Shown piece by piece: positions 10,631 through 20,979 of a stretch of 64,000 nt of DNA (its first letter is position 1; every line of letters begins with the position of its first letter). Origin of the DNA: an uncultured delta proteobacterium (lineage in GTDB: Bacteria; Desulfobacterota; RBG-13-43-22); contig CAVQFQ010000017.1 in assembly GCA_963711835.1 (NCBI GenBank), positions 288,001-352,000 on the forward strand, written 5' to 3'. The position numbers were made by a program, and so were the translations under genes. Under the pieces are notes generated by a model. That model was not told the origin of the DNA. It worked only from the letters and a program-made list of their open reading frames with translations, and did not search any database.

Positions 10631-11329
10631 ATGAGCGATTTGACTTTTACGCATAAAGGAAAAACCTATGAGGTGGATTCACTCCATTTCTTAGCGAACT
10701 TTAATGATTGGGATGAGAATTTTGCTGAAGGCCTGGCTGCAAAGGCAAGAATTCCTCAAGGATTGACAAAGGAGCACTGGGAAGTTATCCGTTGTATTCG
10801 CAAAGAATTTCAGGAAAAAGGGGTCTGTCCTCTTATTTATGAAACCTGCAGGATATGCAGATTAAATGTTCAAGAGATGAAAAAATTGTTCCCTACCGGG
10901 TATTGGAGAGGGGCCTGTAAATTAGCAGGCATGGGATCCGGGGTCGTTCATCTGGGTCCGGCATTTCATCCGATTAGCCTGCCGGAGACAGTGCCTTTTA
11001 TGGAGGCCTACAATAAAACCTATGAGGTGGATCTGCGGGGATTTCTGGTTAACCCTGACGATTGGGATGAATACTATGCCATCTATAGAGCCTATGAAAT
11101 GAAACTCCACGGCGGGAAACTGAGCGAAAGGCATTGGCAAGTCATCCGATTCCTTCGGGAAAGATATAAGCAAACCAAGGAAATCCCGACGATTTATGAG
11201 ACCTGTGAAGCCAATCAAATGGACTTGGATGAGATGGAGCGCTTATTTCCTGATGGCTATCATCGAAGCGCCGTTAAGCTTGCCGGCCTCCGATTAGGCG
11301 GTCCGCCCTCTAAAAAAACCCAGGGGTAA
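10631..11329 (+). CDS. Tandem two-domain TusE/DsrC/DsvC-family protein
   Basis: Two repeats of YEVD..FL....DWDE..A.....L...HW.VI...R......P.IYETC.....LFP.GY...A.KLAG; RBS CAGGAGG. Confidence 0.85.
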   Translation: MSDLTFTHKGKTYEVDSLHFLANFNDWDENFAEGLAAKARIPQGLTKEHWEVIRCIRKEFQEKGVCPLIYETCRICRLNVQEMKKLFPTGYWRGACKLAGMGSGVVHLGPAFHPISLPETVPFMEAYNKTYEVDLRGFLVNPDDWDEYYAIYRAYEMKLHGGKLSERHWQVIRFLRERYKQTKEIPTIYETCEANQMDLDEMERLFPDGYHRSAVKLAGLRLGGPPSKKTQG

Positions 11330-11620
11330 CGAACAGGGGAATGCAGCGGCGCGGGCGCCGTCTTTAGCGGAGATCTTCTTGACTTTATCCGGAGAGATGT
11401 TCAGCCTGAACCGGCAGAAGGAGTGGATGGTCTGGCCCTGGACATTAAGGGCCGCTACACCGGTCGGGGCCAGGACCGCCACCTGCATGGCCGTGGTCTT
11501 GCGAAAGAGGTCCAGAAGGGTGGATTTGCCTGTGCCGGCCTTGCCGGTGATGAAAACGTGCTGTTTCGTTTTTTCCATCAGGTCCAGGGCCCGGCGAAAC
11601 TGGTCGTTAATTTCTATTTA
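11330..11620 (-). pseudogene. N-terminal fragment of a PIF1/RecD-like SF1B helicase
   Basis: IEINDQFRRALDLM..VFITGKAGTGKSTLL..VLAPTGVAALNVQGQTIHSF; ends after ~90 aa. Confidence 0.8.
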
Positions 11621-11693
11621 AAAAAAATAAAACCATCTCTTCCCTGGCATCCTGCCCATCAACGGTACGGAATCCCGGTCCGGTGGGCTTCCG

Positions 11694-12530
11694 TTATTCC
11701 AGTACCACAGGAATGCCCTCTACGCCAATCACGACTTCAGTGACTCCCGGGACCTTCTGGGCGACCTCGAACAAGGTGTTTTTGATTCTATGTCTTCCCC
11801 CGGGGAAAATCCCCCCGGTCTCAAAACGTCCGTTTATTGTTAGGCTTCCTCCTTCAGCCGAAACCTCCAATTCCAACCCTTTGGTTAGATCATTGGTGGC
11901 CAAAGCCGCCTTCACCTGGCTGGCCAGGAGAAAATCCGCGACCCTGGCTTGAGAGGCAGGGGATTCCTTAAAGGCAGCCTGATTTAAAACACAAACAATG
12001 ATTTCGCAGGCAGTTTCAATAGGGATGGCATCCAGATTGATTACCAGATCGTACAGCGAAGGATCCCGCCAATCGACATTGTACAAAAATCGTGTCCATT
12101 TGATCCTGCTTTCATCCATTTTTTCAATTCTTTTTGTAGCTTCCTCAAAGGACATCTTTTGGTTTTCAGCCAGTTTCTGTGCCCGACGTGCTAAGGGAGC
12201 GATCACCCGGACTTTTAAAACTTGAGGGACTCCTTTCAATAATAGATGCCCGGCATGGCCGTAATAAACAAAGGGTCCTTGATCCGCTTTCTCAGCCAAG
12301 GCCAGTTGAATAGCCGCCAGAAAAAGGCCGCGCTCTGGAGAAGGACCGGGGATCAAGCCTTTGGATTTCTCCAGTTGCTGGAGAAGGAGCGCTTGGGATA
12401 TTCCAAAACGTCCGGCCGCGTCCTGAAGGATCTCCTGGCTGACCGCTGGGACCCCTAATTTTTCTGAAAGGCACTTAGCCAGAGCTTCCCCTCCGCTCAT
12501 CGTCCCTCTGGAAATCGTTATGATGGCCAT
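11694..12530 (-). CDS. Cytidylate kinase-like family protein with C-terminal BON-like domain
   Basis: MAIITISRGTMSGG, YGHAGH, LKVRVIAP, YDLVINL; C-terminal VKAALA..LEVSAEGG.LTING..VPGV. Confidence 0.85.
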   Translation of the reverse strand: MAIITISRGTMSGGEALAKCLSEKLGVPAVSQEILQDAAGRFGISQALLLQQLEKSKGLIPGPSPERGLFLAAIQLALAEKADQGPFVYYGHAGHLLLKGVPQVLKVRVIAPLARRAQKLAENQKMSFEEATKRIEKMDESRIKWTRFLYNVDWRDPSLYDLVINLDAIPIETACEIIVCVLNQAAFKESPASQARVADFLLASQVKAALATNDLTKGLELEVSAEGGSLTINGRFETGGIFPGGRHRIKNTLFEVAQKVPGVTEVVIGVEGIPVVLE

Positions 12531-12592
12531 TTTATCTCCTTAGTCATTCTTCCTGGCTGGCAGTTCTTCGAACTTTTTTTCGAAAAGGGTGT

Positions 12593-12967
12593 TCAACTGG
12601 AAAGTCCTATGGCTTTTACCACTAAATCCCGCAGTTGGGAAAGTTTGAAAGGTTTGGCGATAAAATCATAGGCCCCTATTTTCAAGGCCTCTTTGGCCTT
12701 TTCCACTGTAGCAAAACCGGTAATGATAATTACCTGGGTTTCCGGGGAAACCTGCTTGACTCGTTTCAAGATCTCGATGCCGTCCAGTTCCTTCATCTTG
12801 AGGTCGGTGATTAAAACCTGGAATTTTTTTTCGGAAACCCGTTTGATGGCTTCCAGGGGATCGGTAAAGGTTTCGAGATCCAAGTGTACCTTCTCCAGAG
12901 TCGAACGCAAGCGTTCACAAACGATGGGTTCGTCATCCAAAATCATAACGCTGGGGATTTTATCCAT
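12593..12967 (-). CDS. Single-domain response regulator
   Basis: ILDDEP, ITDLKM, ITGFAT, IAKPF. Confidence 0.95.
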   Translation of the reverse strand: MDKIPSVMILDDEPIVCERLRSTLEKVHLDLETFTDPLEAIKRVSEKKFQVLITDLKMKELDGIEILKRVKQVSPETQVIIITGFATVEKAKEALKIGAYDFIAKPFKLSQLRDLVVKAIGLSS

Positions 12968-13001
12968 AGGGCCTCCGGTTCCGGGGGAATGCCGGTTCGG
13001 G

Positions 13002-13373
13002 TTACTTGAATTTTTTGGCGGCCTTGTTCACCAGTTTAACGATATGCTCCAGCTTAAAGGGTTTGGTAACAAATTGGGCATTCAAGTACTCGGCCTCCCG
13101 GGCGCTTTCAATCGTCGCATAGCCGGTGATGACAATGGCTTCGGTATCCCGTTTCCGATCCTTCAGGTACCGCAGGACATCTATGCCGCTGGGTCCGCTC
13201 ATTTTCAGGTCGGTAACCAGGACCTGGAAATTTTTTTCCTCCAGCCGGTTTAAGGCCAGCCGGCTGTCGGTAAAAACTTCCACCTGGAAGCCTTCTTTTT
13301 CCAGGACCGGCTGTAGCCGCTCCCCCACAATGGGTTCATCATCCAGGACCATTACCGCAACATCTTTTTTCAT
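13002..13373 (-). CDS. Single-domain response regulator
   Basis: VLDDEP, VTDLKM, ITGYAT, VTKPF. Confidence 0.95.
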   Translation of the reverse strand: MKKDVAVMVLDDEPIVGERLQPVLEKEGFQVEVFTDSRLALNRLEEKNFQVLVTDLKMSGPSGIDVLRYLKDRKRDTEAIVITGYATIESAREAEYLNAQFVTKPFKLEHIVKLVNKAAKKFK

Positions 13374-13429
13374 TGGAACCTCCTTCCGGTTTCCGCTTCG
13401 GGATTATCCCTCATCTAACCTTTTCTGAT

Positions 13430-15988
13430 TTAAGAGGAAAGGGGATGGGCTGCCTGCTCCTCCTCAAAAAACTGGTTGGTAAAAAAATTGATGTCCCGGT
13501 CCGTCCGCAAAAGGACATCCAATTGCCGGGTATAGCCTATTAACTGTCCGATCAAACGAAACTTGTTTTCCATGTTCGGGCGGTCGATCTTTTTAATCCG
13601 TCCAATGATCAAATCGCCTTTGCTCTCCACGGCAAAATCGTTTTTTTCCAAAATCTGGGCCAACACTTTCACTCGGCGGCTGCGCCGGGTGAATTCGGTG
13701 ACGCCCCCGAAGAATCGGAAATAGAGGTAGTTGCTGTTTCGATCATCGGAAAGGTTGCCGTCCACCAGGTTGAAGTGATACCCCAGACCTAAATTCAGGT
13801 TGATATATTCCTTGGAGACGATGGCTAAATTCACATTCGATCGATCCGTGGCCAGGGCCTGGGTGGAAAGATTGCTGGTAAAGCTGGACATGAAGCCCTT
13901 CAGGTCCAGATCAACCGGCTGGGATTGCCAGACACCAGGCGCGGTCAAGGCTTTCAACAGGATCAGCAGGGGCTCACAGGAAACCGCTTCCAGGTCTATC
14001 TCGGAGGCGGAAACCCCTTTTTTAATTCCGCCACCAATATCGACCACGGTTAAATTCAAGGGGATAGGAAGCTTAAGCTTGGCCAGGGAATGAAGAACAT
14101 TCATCTGGGCGGGCTGAATTCCCTGGGCAATTTTTCTGACCGCCATTTCATGGGCGAAGCGAATGATGTCGTGGAAGGTTTTACAATGCGCCGGATCGAA
14201 TTCATTAGACTGCGGATCGGTTAGATGGAGAGCAGACAGCTTTTTTAATAGCCTTCGTAGCAATTTAAATTCAAAGGTCTCTTCATAAGGCCTATTTTCG
14301 AACAGTTGGGCGGTCAAAAGTTCTTTAACAATCCCCCGATAAACGACATTTTCTTCTGCATCCACAGTCACTTCCATACCGGGCCACAAGGTCCGGGTGG
14401 CCTTTTGGGTATCGACTATGGTAGGGATCCGGAATTCTCTACAGATGGTGGCCATATGGCCGGTAACGGCCCCGATGTCCGTTACCACCGCACTGGCCAA
14501 GGGGACAATCTTGGCCATCCGGGGTGAGGTGTGTTTTAAAACCAGCACGCCCCCACGGGGAAAACCCTGACTCTCTTCCTCGGATTGGACTTGGAAAACG
14601 ATCCCGGCCCCGATACCACGACTGGCGATCACTCCGGCATCCTTTAAGAGGATCGGATACTGCTGGGCCGCCGACACCAGCCGGCTTTTGTCGGGCCGGA
14701 CCTGCACCGGGATTTGAAGCGGTCGGGCCTGGAGGTAGATGATCCGGCCGTCCCGGTCAATAGACCATTCAATATCCTGAAAGGACTTCATATACTGCTC
14801 CAGGCGAAGGGCCCCGTCTATCAGCCTGCGGAGCAAGGGTTCATCCAGGCAAGCCCGTTCCTGCTGTTCTTCGGGAACGGGCACTAAGGAAACCCCCGAC
14901 CCGGCAGTCGCTACGTATTGGTTCGTTTTTTTTCCGACATGACGCCCCGAGATGGGATAGGGAGGGGTCTTGGCCACCCGGTACTGATCCGTCTCCCCTT
15001 CCCCGTCCACCACTAATTTGCCCAGACCCCAACAGGCCGACAGGATCATCTCCTCTCCCTCCGGGCAGGTCGGATCCACGGTATAGGTAACCCCGCTGAC
15101 CAGTGGTGAGATCATGGACGTACAGCCTACGGCCATGGCCATCTCTTTTTGTTCGATCCTTTTTTCCTGGCGATAGGCAATGACCTGAGGAGAAAACAGA
15201 CTGGCCACTACCTGCTTATATCCCCAGGCTATTTGGGAGGACGGGACGTTCAACACGGTGACATACTGCCCGGCGTAGCTTATTTGGCCGTCTTCCCCCA
15301 GGGCACTGCTGCGGATGGCCCACCCCCCGGGTGGTCTGTTTTTTTCGCGGGGCAAGACCTTATCTATGGCCTTTTCCACCTCCGGAGGGATTTTGGCGGC
15401 CCCGATGCGTTGCCGCAGTTCTTTCGCTTTTTCCTCCACCTCCCCCGGCAGGAGCTGAGCTTCGCTCAAAGGGACCACCCACTTCTCCAGCTGGTTGTAC
15501 TCAATGAACCTTTTAAAAGCGTAGGTGGAAATAACAAAACCCTCGGGGATCTCCAGCCCCAGACGGCTCCGCAGTTCCCCCAGGGTGGCCATTTTTTCTC
15601 CGACGTAATCGGACATTTCCTTGGTCAGCTCCCCCAAGGGATAGACCCATTCCCCTTTAGGGATCGTGAACCGGGACTCCAGCTCTTCCTGGATTTCTTT
15701 TTTGGCCTTTTCCAAGGCATCAAAAAGGTCCCAATATCTTTTTTGGGTGATTAAATTTAGGTCGTAGACGATTTTATAAACCACATCCTCCAGGTTGGCG
15801 ATGGTGTTTTCGACATACTGTTTGTCGAAGAGATAGTCGCCTCCCAGTTTTTCCCCCATATCCGCCATTAAATCCAGGGCCTGGTTGTTGTAATCCAACA
15901 GTTCCCTGAAGGTTTGGAACAGGGAGGGAAGGTTTAAGGCCTCCTCCTTTTTTTTCCACCGGAATAAATGGGTTAGCGGATTGGGCAT
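13430..15988 (-). CDS. PEP-synthase-like dikinase (ATP-grasp plus phospho-His swivel domain; no canonical pyruvate TIM barrel)
   Basis: VGEKMATLGEL, AIRSSALGED..SYAGQY, WGLG, QDIEW..LQARP, TDIGAVTGHMATICRE; non-PpsA C-terminal domain. Confidence 0.88.
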   Translation of the reverse strand: MPNPLTHLFRWKKKEEALNLPSLFQTFRELLDYNNQALDLMADMGEKLGGDYLFDKQYVENTIANLEDVVYKIVYDLNLITQKRYWDLFDALEKAKKEIQEELESRFTIPKGEWVYPLGELTKEMSDYVGEKMATLGELRSRLGLEIPEGFVISTYAFKRFIEYNQLEKWVVPLSEAQLLPGEVEEKAKELRQRIGAAKIPPEVEKAIDKVLPREKNRPPGGWAIRSSALGEDGQISYAGQYVTVLNVPSSQIAWGYKQVVASLFSPQVIAYRQEKRIEQKEMAMAVGCTSMISPLVSGVTYTVDPTCPEGEEMILSACWGLGKLVVDGEGETDQYRVAKTPPYPISGRHVGKKTNQYVATAGSGVSLVPVPEEQQERACLDEPLLRRLIDGALRLEQYMKSFQDIEWSIDRDGRIIYLQARPLQIPVQVRPDKSRLVSAAQQYPILLKDAGVIASRGIGAGIVFQVQSEEESQGFPRGGVLVLKHTSPRMAKIVPLASAVVTDIGAVTGHMATICREFRIPTIVDTQKATRTLWPGMEVTVDAEENVVYRGIVKELLTAQLFENRPYEETFEFKLLRRLLKKLSALHLTDPQSNEFDPAHCKTFHDIIRFAHEMAVRKIAQGIQPAQMNVLHSLAKLKLPIPLNLTVVDIGGGIKKGVSASEIDLEAVSCEPLLILLKALTAPGVWQSQPVDLDLKGFMSSFTSNLSTQALATDRSNVNLAIVSKEYINLNLGLGYHFNLVDGNLSDDRNSNYLYFRFFGGVTEFTRRSRRVKVLAQILEKNDFAVESKGDLIIGRIKKIDRPNMENKFRLIGQLIGYTRQLDVLLRTDRDINFFTNQFFEEEQAAHPLSS

Positions 15989-16764
15989 GGCGGTCCGGAT
16001 TTTTCGTAATGGGCCCCCTTAGAACTAAAAACGATCCCGATGACCAGTCCGCTCAGGGTGGCAATGATCACGGCCAGGATACCATACCATAATCCCCGGC
16101 GGGCGGCTAAGTTTGATACCAGCGCGGGGAATCCCGCTAGTTTCACTTCAATGGTGCTGGAATGGATCAGCCTGCCGGCCCCGTCCTTAAAGGCGATCAT
16201 TTCCAGCGCGTAGGTCCCCGGGGCAATCTTGGCCGGCAGGTTTAAAACAGCATCGACCTGATCCCAGGCCCCACGCTCTATGGGCTTCAACTGAACGGCA
16301 TCTTCATGGATATGGTAGAGCTGGTCCTCCTCTTTCAGTTTGACCAATTCCCGGAGCAGCCGGGCTTCTTCCTTCGGGTTCTTCTGCGTCAGTGCCCCGG
16401 CCAGCAAGGAAGAATAATCCATTGCCCAAGCCTGGAGACACGCCCCCGTCCCCAGGGAAGACAACTTTCCCGAGGTCCAGAGCAGGTAGACGTTCGGTAT
16501 GTCTTGAAAGGTAATCTGGCCCACATTCATCCATAATCCCCCCACCCGGCCTTTTTTCATCAGAACTAAATGGCCCCGGGGACCCAGGATTCGCAGGGCC
16601 ACCTGATCCCCGGAAGGCACCACCCCCCGGACGGTCACCTGACCTCCGGAAAAAAAGCTCCCGATCCGGATGGTTTTGGGCTGCACCTCATCGATACTTG
16701 GCGGTGAAGTCCGGCCATATCCCCCGGAAACGAAAAAGGCACTGCTGAAAAGCAGCAGGGACAT
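15973..16764 (-). CDS. TIGR02186-like membrane-anchored periplasmic protein (TSUP partner)
   Basis: IRIGSFFSG, KGRVGGLWMN, C-terminal TM (LWYGILAVIIA). Confidence 0.75.
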   Translation of the reverse strand: MSLLLFSSAFFVSGGYGRTSPPSIDEVQPKTIRIGSFFSGGQVTVRGVVPSGDQVALRILGPRGHLVLMKKGRVGGLWMNVGQITFQDIPNVYLLWTSGKLSSLGTGACLQAWAMDYSSLLAGALTQKNPKEEARLLRELVKLKEEDQLYHIHEDAVQLKPIERGAWDQVDAVLNLPAKIAPGTYALEMIAFKDGAGRLIHSSTIEVKLAGFPALVSNLAARRGLWYGILAVIIATLSGLVIGIVFSSKGAHYEKSGPPCPIR

Positions 16765-16803
16765 GGCGCATGGATCAAGGTCTTTCGCTGTCGATCGATC
16801 TCA

Positions 16804-17741
16804 TTAGGAGTGGCCTCCCTTATACGATAATAGGATATGGGGGTTCAGGGCAAGCCCTAATAACATCTGAACCATGACCACGATGATGATGACCGCCAGA
16901 AGGATTTTTATCTGATCGCCTTTCAATCGTTTGCTGATTCGCGCCCCGATCTGAGCCCCGCAGGAAGACCCGATCAGCAGGATGAGGGCCAGGATAAAGT
17001 CCACGGTATGATTAACATGGGCCTGCATGATGGTCACATTGACGCAGGTGAAAAAGATCTGAAAGAGGCTGGTCCCCACGACCACGTGCATGGGCATGCG
17101 GAGTAAATAGACCATAATAGGGACCATGACAAAACCACCGCCAACGCCCATAATGGCGGCCAGGATTCCTACTAAACCGCCCAAAAGGAGAGGAACGATA
17201 AATGAAATCTGAATCCCGGACTTGGCGAAATGGACCTTGAAGGGCAGTCCGGTAACCAAGCGGGCATATAAGGAAGGTTTTTTGGGGGATGGAGGGAAGG
17301 TTCTTCAACCGGAGGAGTCTTTTTAAGGCTTTGAAGACTTTCGACAAACATGTAGCCGCCGATGATCCCCAACATGGCCACGTAAGTAATTTTGATCACA
17401 AAATCGGCGTTTCCCATGGCCCGCAGCATGCGGACCAGGTAGACCCCGAGACTTCCGCCCAGCACCCCGCCCACCAGAAGAACCACGCCCATTTTGAAGT
17501 CCACATTGCCCAGGCGGTAATGGGCATAGGTCCCGGAAGCCGAAGCCGCGACGATCTGGTTGGAGTCGCTGGCAGCGGCCACCGTGGGGGGGATGCCGAA
17601 CATAATCAGCAGCGGGGTGAGCAGGAAACCTCCTCCCACTCCGAAAAGACCGGAGAGAAAGCCCACCAATCCCCCCAGGCCCAAAAGGAGAAGGATATTG
17701 ATGCTATTGGCGGCTATCGGCAGATAGATGGACAAATTCAT
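16804..17741 (-). CDS. TauE/SafE (TSUP) family transporter, frameshifted at ~17290
   Basis: GLFGVGGGFLLTP and AIMGVGGGFVMVP repeats; adding one base in the C-rich stretch gives EEPSPPSPKKPSLYARLVTGLPF and joins the two ORFs. Confidence 0.88.
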
Positions 17742-17744
17742 GCC

Positions 17745-19301
17745 TTATCGCTCCTTGAATTTGGGAATAAAAACAGAAAAAGACGATCCCTGGTTGATTT
17801 GACTATCAATCAAAAACTTCCCGCCATGTTTTTTGACGATGGTGTAACTGGTAGAAAGTCCGAGGCCGGTCCCCTTTTCTTTGGTGGTAAAAAAAGGATC
17901 GAATATTTGGTTTATGACCGACTGGGGGATACCAACCCCGGTATCCTTCACCGCTATCTGGATAAAGTCGGGGTCCTCGGTTTTTACTTGGATGCCCAGG
18001 TTTCCTCCCTGGGGCATGGACTGAATGGCATTGATCACCAGGTTTAGAAAAACCTGTTGCAGTTGGCTGAAGTCTCCTTTAACTTTGGCCTCCGGTGACG
18101 CGGGTGAATAATCCAAAGTGATATTATTCAACTCCATTTCATTCCGGGCCAGGTTAAGAGTAGAGCTTAACAGTTCCGGGACAACAACCGGGACGAAAGC
18201 CGGTTGACCCATACGGGTAAAGTCCAAGAGGTTGCGGACGGTCCCGCTGGCCCGCTCGGCCTGGGTATAGATATCCTGAAGGCGCTTTCTTTTTTCCGCC
18301 TCGGAGATCGTATTTAAATCATCGATCAGGGATTCGGTGGTAATACAAATATTATTCAAGGGATTGTTCAATTCATGGGCTATCCCGGAGGTCAGGGTTC
18401 CAATGGAAGCCATTTTCCGGGATTGAATATATTGCTCCTGGTTTTTTTGGAGTTGATCCATCATCCAGTTGATGCCCAGGGCCAAGCGGGAAAATTCATC
18501 TTTGTACTTTTTGGCTGGTTTGATGGGCGTAAAATCGCCTTGGCCAATTTTTAGGGTATAGTCAACAAAGCGATTTAACGGACGGACGATCTGCTGCGCC
18601 AAAAAATGGGTTAGGTAGACCATAACGACCAGCAGAATAGCCAGGAAAATCAAGGGAACCTGGCGAGATAATCGGGTCAAGCCCTCTACTTCTTTTCGCT
18701 CTTTTTCCACCAAATTGGCGGCCAGGAAGATCATTTCCGACCCGTGCTGCCTGAGTTCCCCTTCGATTCTGGTCGAAGCCACTGGTTTTTCGCTTAACCC
18801 GGACGGATTTACCCTGAGGCTGGTTAATAAGTTTTCATAACGATTAAGATGGGCCGCCATCAAATGCAGTTTTTCCGGACCGATCACTTCGGTAATATTC
18901 CGACTTTCTTTTTTAAGGATCTCCCGGGCGTTTTGAATGTTTTCCAGCGCGTCCGGGAGATTGGTCCGGTAAAGAAAAAAGTTTTTTTCAAACCGGCGCG
19001 CCTGCTGGATCTCGAAGGTGTAGGAGTTGACGGTTTCCATGACTTTCAATTTTTGATTGATCCGGGAGCCCATGATGAGAAAGGTAATGCTGGCCCCGGC
19101 ACACAAAAAAAACAGCAGGACAAACCCCAGAATGATCTTGGCCCGGATGCTCATCGTGGGCCGGGCCGTAAGGTCCTTCTGGGCTTCGGCAAAACACGCC
19201 TCATCCGGCATCGGGGAAACGGGCATCCCTTTCAGAAAGGCCCCTTTTTTTTCCAGAGGGCCATTCGGATTATTATTCATTTTGGGGGCCGTCCAGGTCA
19301 T
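17745..19301 (-). CDS. Membrane HAMP sensor histidine kinase
   Basis: 2 TM, QARRFEKNFFLY periplasmic motif, AHELNNPL, FLNLVINA, FDPFFTTK, GTGLGL. Confidence 0.93.
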   Translation of the reverse strand: MTWTAPKMNNNPNGPLEKKGAFLKGMPVSPMPDEACFAEAQKDLTARPTMSIRAKIILGFVLLFFLCAGASITFLIMGSRINQKLKVMETVNSYTFEIQQARRFEKNFFLYRTNLPDALENIQNAREILKKESRNITEVIGPEKLHLMAAHLNRYENLLTSLRVNPSGLSEKPVASTRIEGELRQHGSEMIFLAANLVEKERKEVEGLTRLSRQVPLIFLAILLVVMVYLTHFLAQQIVRPLNRFVDYTLKIGQGDFTPIKPAKKYKDEFSRLALGINWMMDQLQKNQEQYIQSRKMASIGTLTSGIAHELNNPLNNICITTESLIDDLNTISEAEKRKRLQDIYTQAERASGTVRNLLDFTRMGQPAFVPVVVPELLSSTLNLARNEMELNNITLDYSPASPEAKVKGDFSQLQQVFLNLVINAIQSMPQGGNLGIQVKTEDPDFIQIAVKDTGVGIPQSVINQIFDPFFTTKEKGTGLGLSTSYTIVKKHGGKFLIDSQINQGSSFSVFIPKFKER

Positions 19302-19338
19302 TATTCCGCTCCAGCCTAAGAAACACCGGTGCCCCTTT

Positions 19339-19746
19339 TTATTTGGCGGATTCGACCGCGGTCAGGCCCTTAAAGCCCAGCGCAGCGGCGGCCCGGACGA
19401 TGACTTCTCGCAGGTCGTTGGGTTTAAAGGGTTTGGCAATAAAATCAAAGGCCCCTTTACCCAAGGCCTCCCTGGCTACCTCCACGGTGGCATAGCCGGT
19501 AATCATGATGACTTTGGTATGGTCGGATTTGGCCTTGACCTTTTCCAGGATCTCGATGCCGTCGATATCCTCCATCCGGATATCGGTCACCACAATATCA
19601 AAGGTTTTTTCCTGAATCCGCATTAAAGCCTGGTGGGGGTTTTCAAAGACCTCCACCTCCCCGCCCATTTTGGCCAAGGCCGGTCCTAACCGTTTACCCA
19701 CGATTGGTTCATCATCCAGGATGAGAATTTGTATTTTTCCTTCCAT
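19339..19746 (-). CDS. Single-domain response regulator
   Basis: ILDDEP, VTDIRM, ITGYAT, IAKPF. Confidence 0.95.
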   Translation of the reverse strand: MEGKIQILILDDEPIVGKRLGPALAKMGGEVEVFENPHQALMRIQEKTFDIVVTDIRMEDIDGIEILEKVKAKSDHTKVIMITGYATVEVAREALGKGAFDFIAKPFKPNDLREVIVRAAAALGFKGLTAVESAK

Positions 19747-19825
19747 GGTTCTCCCTCCTTAGCGGAGACATCACGATTTTCTTCTGTTCTCCTTAAACGT
19801 TACCAAAAGGCCGCTATTGAATCCG

Positions 19826-20914
19826 TTAAGAGGCCGTTCTACTATAAGCCAGGGTCAGGTGGATTTTTTTTCGGGCTGAATAAGCCCGGAAGACCTTGAT
19901 CAGGATCATGATAACCCCCGAAATGCCGCTGATAAAAAGGACATATTTACTGGCATTATTGAACCAGGGGTCCAGTCCGGGGTCCATATTTAAAAATCCC
20001 AATTGCCGCAGATACATGGGGATGGAAATGGCCCGGCTTATGACACAGAGCAGGATAATCAGGCAGGTGACCAGCCTGATGTACTTTTCCCCGACCACCT
20101 TAACCCCGTATACTCCGAGATATACCCCGACCAGAGAACCGGACATCAGCAGCATGGTCAGACGGATATCGACAAAGCCTTCCCAGGCGTAACTCAAGGC
20201 CCCGAAAGCTCCCATGAACATGGCCAGGTATAACTCAGTACCCGCGGCCACGGCCGTGGGCACGCCAAAGACGTAGATCATGGCCGGGACGCCGACAAAG
20301 CCCCCCACCCCGATGGTGCCGGCCAGGTAACCGGTAGCCAGTCCGACGGGGAGCAACACCCACAAAGAAACCCGGACGTCGGCCGTCTTAAAAAAAATAA
20401 AGGGCGGGATATGGAGGTTGGCCAAAAACTCGACAATTTTTCTTGAGGGGCCGGCCCCTTCCTCCCCTTTTTTCATCAGATCCTTCAGCATGGAAATGGC
20501 CACGATGGTTAAAATACTGACAAAGACCAGGCTGATATATAAATTGGCCCCGGCCCCTTTGGCGGCTCCGTGCCCGTCCCCCCCTCCATGGAACAGAAGG
20601 CTGTTGATCCAGACCGCCAGGCGGATCCCCACGATGGCGGTTATCAGCAGAAAAAGGCCCAACCGTTTATCGACATTGCCCATTTCGCCGTGCTTCTTGG
20701 AACCCATCATGGCTTTGCCGAATTTATGGGTAATATTGCTGGCCACGGCCACCACCCCATTGACGCCCACGTTCATCATACCCGGGGTCATGAAAAAGGC
20801 CCCGCCGCTGCCGATGAAACCGCTCAAGACCCCCCCGATGAATCCCAGGACCACCACCTGGATAATGGTCGGCAGATCCAGGGTAATAAATAAATTGGAT
20901 AATTCTCCGGTCAT
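19826..20914 (-). CDS. TauE/SafE (TSUP) family transporter
   Basis: SGFIGSGGAFFMTP, TIGVGGFVGVP, multiple TM helices. Confidence 0.9.
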   Translation of the reverse strand: MTGELSNLFITLDLPTIIQVVVLGFIGGVLSGFIGSGGAFFMTPGMMNVGVNGVVAVASNITHKFGKAMMGSKKHGEMGNVDKRLGLFLLITAIVGIRLAVWINSLLFHGGGDGHGAAKGAGANLYISLVFVSILTIVAISMLKDLMKKGEEGAGPSRKIVEFLANLHIPPFIFFKTADVRVSLWVLLPVGLATGYLAGTIGVGGFVGVPAMIYVFGVPTAVAAGTELYLAMFMGAFGALSYAWEGFVDIRLTMLLMSGSLVGVYLGVYGVKVVGEKYIRLVTCLIILLCVISRAISIPMYLRQLGFLNMDPGLDPWFNNASKYVLFISGISGVIMILIKVFRAYSARKKIHLTLAYSRTAS

Positions 20915-20979
20915 AGCGCTGCTCCTCTTGATGGATATTTTCTTCGATTTCCTTACCTCTTAAAATAAATGGGCCTTTC

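Noticed and set aside
15973-16012. C-terminal extension of the TIGR02186-like gene overlapping the dikinase start
   Set aside because: Probably a lost stop after KGAH (TAC) or a harmless overlap; no evidence of function.
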